A stretch of 64,000 nucleotides of DNA from Nemertoderma westbladi. Its lineage: Eukaryota; Animalia; Xenacoelomorpha. The notes below the pieces were generated by a model. It worked only from the letters and a program-made list of their open reading frames with translations, was not told the origin of the DNA and ran no database searches. Where the stretch lies: positions 27,488 to 91,487 of the forward strand of contig JAUCBJ010008282.1 of NCBI GenBank assembly GCA_032718475.1. The letters run 5' to 3'. The position numbers and the translations under genes were made by a program. This document shows, piece after piece, positions 1 to 14,119 of the stretch (position 1 is its first letter; each line of letters opens with the position of its first letter).

Positions 1-3000
1 TTGGATTTACTTACCTGGTCTTTAGGCGTTTTATTGACATAATAAGATCTTTCAGTGTCTTTCCCGCTGTCCTCTCCTTGAGAGGTTTGGCTTTCGCCGT
101 CGTCTGTATAACACATTGGTGTTACCCTTCTCCTAGAAACGGGTTTCTCACTTACCTTGTTTTCCAATGTCTTCTCTCTGGACTGCCTTAGGAGCTGTAA
201 TTTCACTTCTCTATCTAAGAATGACATGAGATCAGTCATGGTAGGGTCTCGTCGTTGTTGTTCCATCATATATAACACTTTCTTATCCCAGCGTGTACCT
301 ACTCCACCCTTCGGTAAAGTAGAAGCCACTGCTCTAATAACCATAGCACTCTGATACTCATGAGACTTACCTAGCCAATCTAATTGTCTGCAGATCTCCT
401 GAATTTCATCGGAAAACTCTATAATCTCGTTGCTAATAAACTTTCGGGGCGCTACCAACTTTGCATACAAATACCCAGCTATGTTATTCCTATTACCATA
501 ACTGATGTTTAGTGTATCCCAAACTTGTCTTAATCCGTCTGGATGTCCAATAAACTTTAACGCCATTAACTTGGGAGATCCTTCCAAGCACTCGATGAGG
601 AATCTAAGTTTCTCTCCATTAGATAGTACAGAGTTCTGTATGTTATCTTTGTAATATTCATTAAAAGGTAACCATTTCATCTCATCTCCATTGAACTTGA
701 CGATCTCTCCCACCTTCACCGCTTGCCGGGCTTCGGTTCTAGCCATTTGACGCGTAAAACTTTCTTGAGCCATCGTATTATTGAATAGAGAATTATCGGT
801 ATATAAGTTTCTCGGATTATTATCAAGTCTAGATGAGATATCATTATCAACAGGTTTATAATTACCCTTAATAGGGTTTACTATAGGAGTTTCTACTTTG
901 CTAGCAGTATAGATGCGTGTAGGCTCCACACCTTGCGCATGGGATACTTCAGACCTAACGGGTTGACACATTGTTACAGGGGGTGGTGATATACCCTTTT
1001 GTAAATTTACTAATTTATCGCGTTCTAGCGCGATACTTTGCTGCACTTCTTGCAACTCTAGCCTACTTTCCCTTACTGTGCCCTTGAATTGTTGAACCGT
1101 CTCCTGCATCTGCCCGAGCAGGAGATCCATCCCCCGCCGTCTCTCGTCCACCCATTCGACCGCCGAAGCGGGAGTCGCCAACGTTGTAGCGGGCGGAAGA
1201 GGGACAACGGGCGACAAATTAGGAATATTTCGCTTGGGGTCCAGGACCCGAACTGTCTCCTGGGCAGTTCTACTGGGCACAGGTAGCTTAGTGCTATGCA
1301 GAGGGAATTTAGAGGTAGCTTCAGGGAGCACAGGTGTGTCTATCACCGAAGGGGTGATTTCAAAAACAGGCCTAATTATTTCAGGCTCATCTACTATAGT
1401 AGGGAGTCTTTCTATTTTAATTATTTGGTCTGTGGGTTCTGTACTGCCTAAGTTGGTGTTATTTAGTTGCCTTCTAACAGCTGGAGGCAAATCAGGCAAT
1501 TTCTGACGGTGGAATGTTCTTTTACGTCTGCTTAGACGAGATCTATTTCCTTTGCCTTCAGTATCGGTGGTATCGCCTTCTTCAGATGATGTATATCCCT
1601 GTCTTTTGGGAGTAGATCGATTCATCATCTGCATATTACTAGCTGTTAACTGTTTACTGAAGTCGTCTTGCTTCTCTTGAAGATTTTCCAACTCCAGTTG
1701 GGTGATCTCTTCAGCCGCTCTCCGTTCTGCTTCCGCCACCGCTGCCGCTTTTGCCTCTGCCGCTGCCGCTGCCGCTTTTGCCTTTGCCTCGGCTTCTGCT
1801 GCTGCCGCCTTTGCCTCTGCCGCTGCCGCTTTTGCCTTTGCCTCGGCTTCTGCTGCTGCCGCTTTTGCCTCTGCCGCTGCTTCTGCCAAGGTCGCTTTTC
1901 TTTCTGCCTCTGCCACTGCTGCTATCTTTCTGTCTTCTATACGTTTTTTCCTTACTTGTTCTTCTTGTTCTCTAGCGATGCGGAGTTGTTCATCGAATTT
2001 AGCTTGGTTCGCCGCTAACCTATCTACATCTATTGCATCCAACACACGCTGGGCTCCTTCACTATTAGGGCTAAGTCCATCTAGCCTTCTCCTCAACTCT
2101 TCATCTCCCAAAAAACGCTGATAGTCTGACAGATAGATGTCAATGGCATCCTTCTTATGCGGTTTCTCTGCCGTCGCTTCACTTTCCACTTGGGAAAAAG
2201 TAGCGTCCGTTGATTCTCCATGGGTTGAGCGCTCCTCCAGCTGAGCTTTCCACTGAGCTGCTCCTTGAACCTGGTGACTCACCCGTTGAAACCAAGTCTT
2301 TACGGCAACTTGCAACGCCGTGTCTTGTCTTCTTTTAGAAGCCTCCTCAAAGGCTGATAAGATTAGCCTAATTCGCAGAATTCTTTCTCTAACTTGATAA
2401 AGCAGTTGTCCCTGCTCTTGAGGTCCTTGAGGTTGTTTAAACAGTTGTTTTTCTACTCGCTCCATAGAGCTGAAGAATCCTTGTGCGTATCCGGCTGCGG
2501 ACCTCTTCCATACCGCTGGACTTGATAAAGCAGTTGTCCCTGCTCTTGAGGTCCTTGAGGTTGTTTAAACAGTTGTTTTTCTACTCGCTCCATAGAGCTG
2601 AAGAATCCTTGTGCGTATCCGGCTGCGGACCTCTTCCATACCGCTGGATCGATGGTTTCCTTGGCTACTCCCATCCGGTGTATGTCTTCCCAGGCAGCTT
2701 CTGATAAATCAAACGGGAGTCCGGGTCCGGGGAAGTTCCATTGCGACTCGACAATAGACTTCAGTTCTTCCCTCGTGTATCCCGCATAACTATCTCTAGT
2801 TGATCGCTGACTTCTCGCCCAATCGATCTGGTGTTCTTCCACCGCAATCAATAACCTAGTGAGTACGGCTGCAGGAAGGATGAGAAGGGGATCCGTATAA
2901 ACCGCATCCGTCATCTTTGCTCCGCGCTCGGGTGTCAGTTCTACAGTATCTTCACTACTGGAGCTGTCGGGCCGCTGAGAAATAAATTCTTGGCTCGCGG

Positions 3001-3229
3001 GTTGTTGCTGTTCCGCTGCTTCTTGGTCCCGCTTGACCTGAGCTCGAGTGCCTATGATAGACCTACGATGTTGGACCAGCCTAGGTTCTGTTATTACTAC
3101 AAGAGGGATGACCTTCCTCACAGTGGGAGGGGAACCGAACTTACGACTAGACGGTTCTACGCCTCTATCTGAGTCGCAGATAGTTACATCTAATAAACTG
3201 TCTGACAGGTTCTGCTTAGTATCAGACAT
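1..3229 (-). pseudogene. gag: BEL/Pao gag(-pol) N-terminal region, frameshifted by a 128-bp tandem duplication
   Basis: ATG at 3229 opens a 258-aa ORF ending inside the duplication. An Ala/Glu/Lys repeat (~1725-1925) and the DUF1759-like core follow. The downstream frame is absent from the ORF track, consistent with it running off the window. Confidence 0.75.
2393..2648. repeat. Exact 128-bp tandem duplication (2393-2520 / 2521-2648)
   Basis: CTTGATAAAGCAG...TACCGCTGGA repeated head-to-tail; 128 is not a multiple of 3. Confidence 0.95.
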
Positions 3230-4554
3230 GTTTATGTGTACAGTTGAATGTCTACTGCTGTATTACAGTCTGAGCAAGTCTAGTAACTCAGTATTAACTG
3301 CTAGCCTAGTAATTAATTACCTATACTGCTACTCAGTGTATCGTGATATATATAATATATTAGAATACCGGTATGCTTATAGTATATATAACTATATAAG
3401 TATTATTACAGACTAGGTTTATCACAGAATACCGGTATAATTTTAGCATAAATATATATAAATATATAATAGGCCTATCGTGGATACCGGTATGCAGTTT
3501 ACACTTATAGTGTATATATAAGTATAATTATTAACTGGAATTAATTACAGAATACCGGTATGATTTCAGCACAAATATAAATATTATAATAGGCCTATCG
3601 TAAATACCGGTATATCAATTATTTTAGAATAATTGAATTTCTGAACTTTAGGGTTACTTGGTTACTTTAACTTACTTTATTACCGTTATTTAAGCAGTAG
3701 TCCAACTGATATTGAGACCTAATTGTTGTATGGCAGGCCTACTATTTATAAATCGTTTGAGTTGATTTATAATATATATATACCCGTTTTAATGGGTTTT
3801 GTCAATGTTTGAAATAAATGTTATTATTTCTGGGGAGCAATCACTACACAAAGCGGTGCGCTTTCAGTGAAGTGCTACTTATAGGACACTAAAACAAATA
3901 ATTCTAATTTACCTAAGTTACTTAATACTACAAATTACGTACAATTCGGGTGAGATTACAATCTCTAAATAAACACAAAATTTTACAAAAACACAAAATA
4001 CGAATTTTCAGGGTAATTTTACAAGAAGTCTACAAACCAGCCTAACAAAGGGTTAGAAATCTGGTTATTACAACGGACAGGTTACTACGGTATTTGAAAA
4101 TAATAAGTAGTAGTAAATACACTGCGCTGTCCAGATAGGAAAATACCACCGCCTGACGACCTATAGCCGTATCGCTATAGGTACTACGTTATGTATCACG
4201 GAGTGTTCCTACCTAGAAGTTAATAGAGCTAACGTATGTGCCTATCAACCACTTTACAACACAAATATAATGCCTACAATAATTACTTTCGGAAAGTACT
4301 GTACACTAAACCCTAAATTAGGTACAAGTACTTGTATAACAAATAATCAGTAGTTAAAAATACTTGAACAGCTAAAAGAACCACGGTATCTGCTGGAGTG
4401 ACCGGTGCACAAAATCACCAGTCTTTACCTACGCCGAGCAGCCCGTATAGTACCGGGGTTAGTTTAACTATAACGGTATGTATAACAAACACAATTACTG
4501 TAGGAATAATCTTGGGGATATGAATGTTGCGAATAATCGCATAAACTCTGAATA

Positions 4555-5125
4555 ATAAATATTACGCTACGCGTACAGACCATTCAAACAAAATGCAGAC
4601 CAAATACTGACAGACTACTATCAAGCCTAAACAAACTACGGTATATGTAGACTCCGAAATGATTAGGTAGTATGCGTTCTAACCCAGTAGTACGACTTAT
4701 TCTTTAATTGGGGGTTTACCTTACAGCTTTTGCTGCCCCTACTTCCTAACCGTTCTTTATCGGACAGATGCTTTACACACACCGAAATTTCCTCAAACCC
4801 AACAGCAGCCAGACAACTATCCAGCCTACAAATTATCTAAATAAATTATACGCTACCTGTACAGACTACACAAACTAAGTACAGACTAAACGATGGCAGA
4901 CTATTCTCAAGCCTAAATAAACTACAGGACATGCAGACTCCGAAATGATTAGGTAGTATGCGTTCTAACCCAGTAGTACGACTTATTCTTTAATTGGGGG
5001 TTTACCTTACAGCTTTTGCTGCCCCTACTTCCTAACCGTTCTTTATCGGACAGATGATCTACACACACTGCAATCCGTTCAGACTTAACAACAATCAGAC
5101 AACAGTCAAGCCTACAAATTATCTG
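4555..5125. repeat. ~287-bp tandem duplication in the non-coding leader of element A
   Basis: Identical ~120-bp core AGACTCCGAAATG...TCGGACAGATG at ~4649 and ~4936, with diverged flanks. Confidence 0.9.
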
Positions 5126-6619
5126 TACAATCTGAGCGGGCTTACACGCCTTCTGCTCAATACTGGCCTACAAATAAATAAAACTGACAGAAATAGGCCT
5201 AAGTAAAATCCCAATAAAAACCAGGCGTCCCCGATTAATTATTAAGACCTACCGGCTTATAATTATCAAAATCGAATAATACTGCTGTACCTGTACTGCT
5301 GTAGGTACCGGTCCGGGTGGTTAGGTAGTCAGGCCTACTGGGTACCGGTTGCCGGTACTTCAGCTTTATTGCCTACTGCAATACAGAAGCAATATCCGTT
5401 ATTGTTCGCGCTTTCAGACCTTTGGCAGTTTAACCCGCCAAATTAGGATGTCTTCTAGATAATAAATCGCTTTAGCCTCTAACAAGTATTTGATTCACTA
5501 CACTAGTTGAAACCAATCTGTGCGCGATCATTCACCCGTTGGATATACCCGGGAGATTGACTTCGACGGCTTAATCGTATTGCTATGTAAGCCTAATGTA
5601 TTATTCGACTGACAGTATTATATAATCTCTGACAATATTTATTCACCTTCGGGGAATATTAACAGTTCCTTTAGGACGTGGCGCTCTATCTATATAAACA
5701 GAGTTATGACTTAAACTACTCACAACGATATGGCTTAGTTACAATTCACATATATGGCGCATTCTTTAGGAAATGCTTCGTTATCAGTCTCACTCATACA
5801 CAATGCTGCACAATACTGCACACTAATCTGCCGATCTTCACTGATTTTAGTCACATATAAAAGGAACACAGACCGACTCATGTAGGGTCTATCAAATAAC
5901 ATTAGATTCACTTCAAACCACTTTAACATAAGTCGCAATCGTTATATGTAACCTTTCTCTCTTACCTTCGGTATATCAAGAATATTGGGTTTCGGGTTAT
6001 TTCTCGTTATTCCAAATATAATAATTCATCAACAAATATAATGAATAACCGACAGCAAAGCAGTAATGTTAAGTTAAGTTGCACAGTATGGGCCAGTTAA
6101 CCAGTGTTAACCAGTGCAGATAACATTGAGTTACCCAGATAACGGATATATGTCCTTATAATTAAGCCTACTAGTGTAAGGCTAAAGCAGAAAAGCACAA
6201 AATACTCCAAAGCCGTTCTTCCTTGGCTCAGGACTGAATGATAACACTGCCCATAATGCATTACGTGATTTCTCGGAAATTTCTGTACAAGAGCCATAAA
6301 AATGCTCTGATTGGCTGACTGAACTAAGAGAGAACAAAGAAACAAAGAAATGTTCTACGTGGCAATATCAGCTGTTAGCCGTCGTCATGGTAGCGACACT
6401 GTTTTCAAGAGTATCCAGCTATTGCGTCACGAAATTACGGATTATGTCCTTTAAAGTACACATACAGAAGAAATGGCTTTTATGTCCTCTAAAACACCAG
6501 TACAGTAAGGACACGGCCCTTCCATGCCCGGCAAACCAACTACAGAGTACTTTACGGGAAAATAACCGGCTAATTACGCAAAAGCTTTTACAGACTTTTC
6601 CTAAAAATCTATTGTCTTC

Positions 6620-8058
6620 CTAGTAGTGAAAACCGTTTTCAAAAATATTGGGTAGTTTTCGAGTTATAGCACCATTTTTTAACCCTACTTTTGGCACTTT
6701 TTTTGAGACGTTTTTTGAAAATTACATTTCATTAAATATGAATAGTAACATCTCTATTTTTGATTTACACCGGTTTTTTGGTGTTAGCAATTGGATGGAA
6801 TTCATATAAATTGATTTAGAAATTTCAAACTTGTTTTTTCGGCGGGTGCCAATTTTTGGTGCCAGCACCAAATTTTGAAATATGTCAATTTTGTAAATTG
6901 ATTGTGTGAAACTAGTTTTTTTACGCATTTGGGGTTTTTTGGGGTTCTGGTTTCGATGATATATTATACGAGTTGCACCAAGCGTATCAAACTTGTATTT
7001 TTCGGTGGTGGGTGCAAATTTTGGTGCTAGCACAAAATTTTGAAAATCCATTCAATTGATAAAATTGTTTGTGACAATTTATTTCTTGCGTTTTAGAGGT
7101 TTATGGCTATTCTGAGTTGAATGGGATATATAATTTTCGAACTAGGCATCTCAAATTTGTATTTTTCGGAAGTGGGTGCAAAATGTGGTGCTACCACCAA
7201 ATTTTGAAAACCATCAAATATATAAATTGATTGTGTCACCTTGTTTCCTGCGTTATATGGGTTTGTTAGGGTTCTGAATTCAATGGAATCAGTAAAAATT
7301 TAATAAGAGTTTTCAAACTTGTATTTTTCGCCGGTGGGTGAAAATTGTTGTGCCAGCACCAAATTTTGGAAAATAAGCAAATTGATCAGTAGATAGTATC
7401 ATCTTGTTTCTTGCGTTATACGGGTTTATGAGGGTTCTGAATCCGATGGATTCAATAAAAACAGCACTGGACATCGCAATCTTGTACTTTTTGGTGATGG
7501 GTACGAAATTTGGTCCTAGCACCGAAATTTGCCAAATTACGCCGAAAAATACAAGTAACAATGATGGGGCATTTTAGAAATGTATTCCATTAGAATCAGC
7601 GCCCTAGAAGAACTGAAAATGTGAATTTATAGCATCGTATAAGTGAATTAAAAATTTTGTGTTCTAACTGAAAAGTGCTGGTTACTTGTTTTTTTCATTT
7701 TTTTCCTAGGCAGAGAGGACTAAACAGCCATTTATAGTAATCATATCATTTTTAAATATTTTCCAATGTATTTTGCGCCCCAGAAAACCTGTATTGAAAA
7801 ACAATTAGACGAAAAATGTAACTTTCAAATTTTCTGAAAATTGTGCACTACTTGTAATTTTGGTGCTGCAATATAACCACCCCAGTAAATTTTTTCGAAA
7901 TTTTTTTTTTCGGTCGGATCCTGACTAGTGATACCTAAGTACAAACAAAAAATCAGACGTTTTCGTATAAATTTGTAGATTTTAGAGGGGGGGCTCAATA
8001 TGACCCCCCCCCCCCGGTATTTGTACAACATTTTATAGCCCGGTATTAATAGGGTTAA
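6620..8058. mobile_element. Non-autonomous piggyBac-like DNA transposon fragment with ~163-bp internal repeats
   Basis: Ends ...CCCGGTATTAATAGGG followed by TTAA (8055-8058), i.e. a CCC terminus at TTAA. Five degenerate CAAACTTGTATTTTTCGG...GGTGCTAGCACC units at ~6826, 6988, 7152, 7314 and 7477. Left end not identified. Confidence 0.5.
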
Positions 8059-8209
8059 CATAATTATTGACAAGTTGTTCGGTAACAGAACATTACGTAC
8101 TGGTACTTAGAAAGAAAATAACATCAATCAACATAAATTCAATACCGGATATCTTATAGAGTTATAAATTTGCTTCTTTTGCTATTTTAAAAATAAATTT
8201 GGCATTTGA

Positions 8210-9017
<808 letters not shown>

Positions 9018-11129
9018 TAGTTCTTAAAAAGTTATTAAAAATTAAGACATTTGCGATGTTAGTTATTCTGTTTTGATAGTATATAGAGTGTATCTAGTGT
9101 ATGCAAGTCTTTCTGTCATCAAACACATTAAACCACATTAAAAACCTAATTAAAACGTATCACGTTAAACCACATTTAAAAAATGAGAGTTAACAACTTA
9201 ACTATTTAACAAAATGACGTTTGGATAACTCTGGGGGGTATAATACAGTCATTATCAGTGGAATCTAACTAAAAATAATTCCAGGCTATAATTTGTACGT
9301 CAGAATCTCATAATTTCTAAAACAGATGTAATTTGATATGTAAATGCAGGCAAGGTGCCATTTTTAGAAACACGTAAAAATTGATACAATAACATTTTAA
9401 ATGAATATATCTGGAAATCATTTCTAATAATAAACCATGTTTTCAATCTATTTTATTATGTTTTGTGTCTTTGATCCATGCATGCTTGAATAAATTCAAC
9501 AATTTATTTTCAGTATGTATCTAGATATGTAAAAGATGGTTCTGGGCCATTTTCGTGTATTTTTAAAAAATCGCATTTCTTGACTCGATTATTCGACTAG
9601 AATAAATAAAAATACTCGTAAGTTATCGATTTTACCTTTACCGAACCGATATAGGCTGAAATCCAATCTTAAAAATTGTTTATAAAATTTAAAACATAGA
9701 ACTTCCAAATTTTGAATTTGTTCATAACTTTAGCTACTTTATCGGGTAACATACTATGTACTTAGTATTACCTTTGCAACCCAAAAACATCTATATATGA
9801 ATCTATATATGTCTTTAAAAATAGAAATAATAAAAATAAATTGCAGAATGTTTTTGAATGAAGATTCTAAACAACGTTCCACTTTACAGTTTTTTCAAAA
9901 AATCAGTTTAAATTTTTCGTGTGCAAAAGTGGCATCTTGTCAAATTCTATATTTAATTGTACATGTTGCCCTAGGGCCACAACTCTATCATTAAGTCTAT
10001 GGAAAACTCGAATGTAAAATGTATATATATATCAATAATACGGAATTTTATAAAATTTGATTGACTGTGTAAGATGAAAAAAAATTTTTTAAGTAAACTT
10101 TATTTTTACTTTATTAAGACGTATAACAAATTTAAAGCATTAGGACCTAGTAGAAATGATTGAAAAACCGTTCCGAAACTAACATATACGTGGGTGGCAC
10201 CACGTCAACAATTTCTATGTATTTATATATATACAGTATATAAGCTCATTGTTTATACAATGAAGGATTAGCGTAGATCAGCAGTTGTAAGATATGGACC
10301 AGACCACAATCTTCATAAAAAATCCCATATTTTCAAACATTTTATCTATAATCTACGTATTTATTTACTTTTTTATTAATATAATTCCTCAACTAGTGGT
10401 CAGCAACATTGTATCAATAATCATTGTGTCTTACCTACAACTGTACTGAGTAGTTGTAGGTAATAAGACACAATGTGTACTCTCTCTATATAATTGTTTA
10501 TTTATCTTACCAATCAAACCAACCGAACCAACCATATATTAGTAGAACATCAGTAGGTATAATCTTTCACATTATTCAGGCATGGATGCACACACCTCCT
10601 ACACTACATTATAATATAAAATAACATCAACATTAGTTCATGATTGTTCTTAGTCTTGGGTATAGATATACAGTATGCTTCAGTAAGGCATATTTTTCAT
10701 TCATTCATTCTTAAGTGGTTCTTAAGTTAAATATAAAATAAGAACATCGATCAGATTATAAATTTATAAAACATCATAAACTATTTAATTTGATTTCTTA
10801 CTTAATCTTACACACTGCAGATAATGGTGCGCCATTATCTGATATACCTTAATGTATACATGTACAGTATATAGACTAATGTTGTTAGTGGACTGAAATG
10901 TTTATTTCGTTCCTGAAAAATGCCACATCATTCTAAGTTAGGGTTAATTTTCTGAACATGCAACATTTTCTTGAAAAAAACTTGGTCGAAGTATAAAGTT
11001 TTAGAAAGTCATCCAAGATACGCAAATTAGCTATTTCGAGCAGTTAAGGAATATAATTCGAAACATGTATAAACTATTTTTGGTTTTTAATGGGAGTATA
11101 CTGTATATCAAAATAATTACATATATTTA

Positions 11130-11751
11130 GTATTAATTTGATAAATAAATAGTTGTATTATTAAAAATTACCAATGAAACTTTCTATTTTTTTATATTAT
11201 AATCATCAAGACATGCTTGGAGCCAAAAAACTTGTTTTCATGAATGGGATAGAGTAACAAACATCCTTTGTTAAAGGTAATAATATTTAGTATTAAATAA
11301 ATAATTAAATATAATTTATATTAAAAGCCACCCATGAAACTTTCTAATTTTTTATATTTTATTCACCGAGAGATGATTAGAGCAAAAAAACTTGTTTTCA
11401 GGAATGGGGTAACATCCTTTGTTAAAGGTAATAATGTATAGTATTAAATAAATAATTAAATAGCATTTATATTAAAAGCCACCCATGAAATTTTAATTTT
11501 TTTTATTTTTTGTACAATGTGACACCAATGGAGCAAAATAAACCTGTCAATTTGTTTGGGGGAGTAAGTGATGAAATTTAGTAATATGATTAATATTAAA
11601 TAATTACTTAAATAGTATTAATTTAAAAAGCCACCCATGAAATATTTTAATTATTGTAAATTTTTACATCAGGGGACCAACTAAGCTCAAAAAACTAATT
11701 TTCATGAACGGGGTCCAACCTTTGCCAAAAACCAAGTTAAGCCCCACTGTG
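11130..11751. mobile_element. End of a putative non-autonomous DNA transposon (CACAGTG terminus, Transib-like) with ~150-170-bp subterminal repeats
   Basis: AT-rich repeats containing TAAAAGCCACCCATGAAA end at CCCCACTGTG (11751), after which element B gag-like sequence begins. No partner TIR seen. Confidence 0.35.
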
Positions 11752-14032
11752 CTATGCCCGAATTTACAAAATAATTCAGATAACGTGCAGAATAATATAA
11801 ATAACTTTGTTCCCAACGAACAAAATAATTCCGTTTCCAATATGGGTGTTATTAATGTAAACACGTCGGGCCTACATAACCAGGGAGCAGAGGGCCTGCT
11901 AGGCCACGTAGTTAGTAGACAGGGAGCAGAGGGCCTGGTAGGCCACGTAGTTGGTAGGGAGGGAGTAGAGGGCCTGGTAGGCCACGTAATAGCAGAGGGA
12001 GAGGCGGGGGTGAATGGACCCGACCGCAGTAGGGTTGATGTGTCGACTAGAGAGATATATAATAGCGGGGAGAGAGGTAGCGAAGTTAGACGTAGCGAGT
12101 GGGGGGGGGGGGGCTACGAGAGCCCCACAACAGCGAATTAGCGGCGAAAAGGGGGGGGCAGGGAGTGTCCCACAGCCGTCAGCGGATAATGCGAGGGCCG
12201 AAATAGGTAAACCGCAACGACCGGCGACGGAAAGTAACAGGGGGATCGCGAGTATCCCCAGCGGCGTGCGACCGAGCAGAGAGAGACAGGTTGACGTCGC
12301 GAGAGGGCGGACGAAGCGTCGAGCCCGATCAGAGGAGGAAAGAAGAACAGTGGGGTTTAACCGGGAGGTCGACGAGAGATCTCGCGAGCGGGAATATTCC
12401 ACTGATAGGAGAAGAAAGGAAGACAGTAGTAGAAGTATCGCCGCAAACGATAGAAGAGCGAGGACGGACAGCGAGCCGTCGGTAGTCGAGATGAGAACGG
12501 AGAGTCAGTGGGGTCGGACTCCGGGAGATTGCCATCGCCCCGGAGGGATGCGACCCGGTGAGATGCATTACACGCCGAGAGAGGGGTACATGATGTACCG
12601 GTACGAAGATGAGAACAGTAGAGGGGGGGGTCGAAGAGAAACTTTCCGACGGGATATACCTACCGAACGAGAATACGGTAGCCGCGGGGAGGATTATTCG
12701 AGAAGAATAAACTTCGATCCCGAACAACACATGCAGACTGTAGGACATACTGCAGGCCTTACTGCACATACCGTAGGCCATACTGAGAGAGGCAATGTAG
12801 GCGATAGGATAGCGCGGACGACGGAATTAAACCCCGAAGTCGCGGAATACATACCGGCGGGTAGGCCAGAAGCTGATAGGCCTATACCGGTACCAGCACA
12901 GCAGTATGACTACAGCATGCAAGGACATAACATATACCCAGGGGAGGGGAGAATTATTGCGGATAGGTGCATGGGCCCCAACATATTAACATCAACCCCA
13001 TTCCCAAACATACCGGTGGGGGGGGGACAGGGTGACATTCCCCCATCACAATATCAACAATATACCCCGATGGTAGCAAGAACAATGAGACCCTTGGACG
13101 AAAACAGATCGTGTGACACAGATATATGGAGGGGGCCGCTACCCCCAATGACATACCCAAGCCAGAGAAAGCCAAGAGATAGGACAGACGGGACGCACCA
13201 GACAGGGGAAACTATACAGCACCCGTCGAATCCATTGGAAGCGCAGGCGATAGGGATGGCCACGTTGATCGATGCTTTGAAAACGAGGATCGAGTTACCA
13301 CCCGTGGAGCCATTCAAGTTCGATGGGAGTAGGCCGGAAGAATATTTACAGTTTCGGCGAATGTATAGTAACGAAATACTAACAAAAAACTTGACGCAGG
13401 CGGAGTGCCTAAAGTATCTACAAGTGTACACGGGAGGCCCAGCATACGATATCGTGAGGCAATACCAAGGAATAGAGGGCGGCTTCACGACAGCATGGCG
13501 GGCACTGGATAGGGAATACGGGCACCCGGCCAAGATCATCAGGCAGACGCTGAGAGGCATAACATCGGGTGGCCTACAGGATAACCCCGTTAGCATCAAG
13601 ACATTTGCTAACAAAGTCGAAAAGGCGCTAATCGTGTTGAAGACGCTAGACGCGCCGTACGAGCTCAATGCGTCCAACAACATCACCACGATAGCGCAGG
13701 CACTACCGAACTGGCTGCGCAACAAGTGGAGGAAGATCGCTTTCTCCACTCGAGACAAGAAGGGTACGGAACCAGGTTTAGAAGAAATGTCAAACTTCTT
13801 AAATTACGAGGCTGAACTAATAACGGACCCAGTCTATAGTGAAGATAGCCTGGGAAAGGGACCAAAGACAGATCACTACAGGCCGAAACCAGAGCACAAT
13901 ACATCAAACGCATTGCCGAGGCTCAGGCAATCATTGCCATACGCAGCGACCCAGGGGACTGCAAGTCCACAGGCAAACGAAGATAAGACTACATCATGGA
14001 ACGGACAGGGGAACAATAACAACATGAATTAA
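11752..14032 (+). pseudogene. gag: BEL/Pao gag (DUF1759-like core); probable frameshift at G-run 12101-12114, in-frame TAA at 14030
   Basis: Motifs LPPVEPFKFDGS..YLQF, ECLKYLQVYTGGPAYDIV and LPNWLRNKW; 36-bp repeat (GAEGLVGHVVGRE) at ~11882-11990 in the upstream frame. Confidence 0.85.
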
Positions 14033-14119
14033 CATAACCCCAGTACGCCCAGTAGGCCAAACCCAGTCAATAAGAATAGTAGGGACTTTGGTACGAACAT
14101 AACTGCGATACGCAATGCA

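Larger units (their letters stand above)
1..6620 (-). mobile_element. BEL/Pao LTR retrotransposon A, 5' part (gag, 5' UTR, probable LTR); runs off left edge
   Basis: Minus-strand translation near 500-720 reads VKVGEIVKFNGDEMKWLPFNEYYKDNIQNSVLSNGEKLRFLIECLEG..., a DUF1759-type BEL gag core matching elements B (KFDGSRPEEY) and C (KFMGNHKHW). LTR ends and PBS were not found; the right boundary is approximate. Confidence 0.6.

Noticed and set aside
1668-2121. Plus-strand Cys/Ala/Pro-rich ORFs (also 41534-42217)
   Set aside because: Antisense shadows of repetitive gag segments.
8059-8087. GGTAACA as the outer end of element A's 5' LTR
   Set aside because: Resembles C's CGTAACA end but cannot be verified without a second LTR or TSD.
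11722-11751. V(D)J recombination signal sequence
   Set aside because: The heptamer is present but the nonamer-like sequence is in the wrong orientation.
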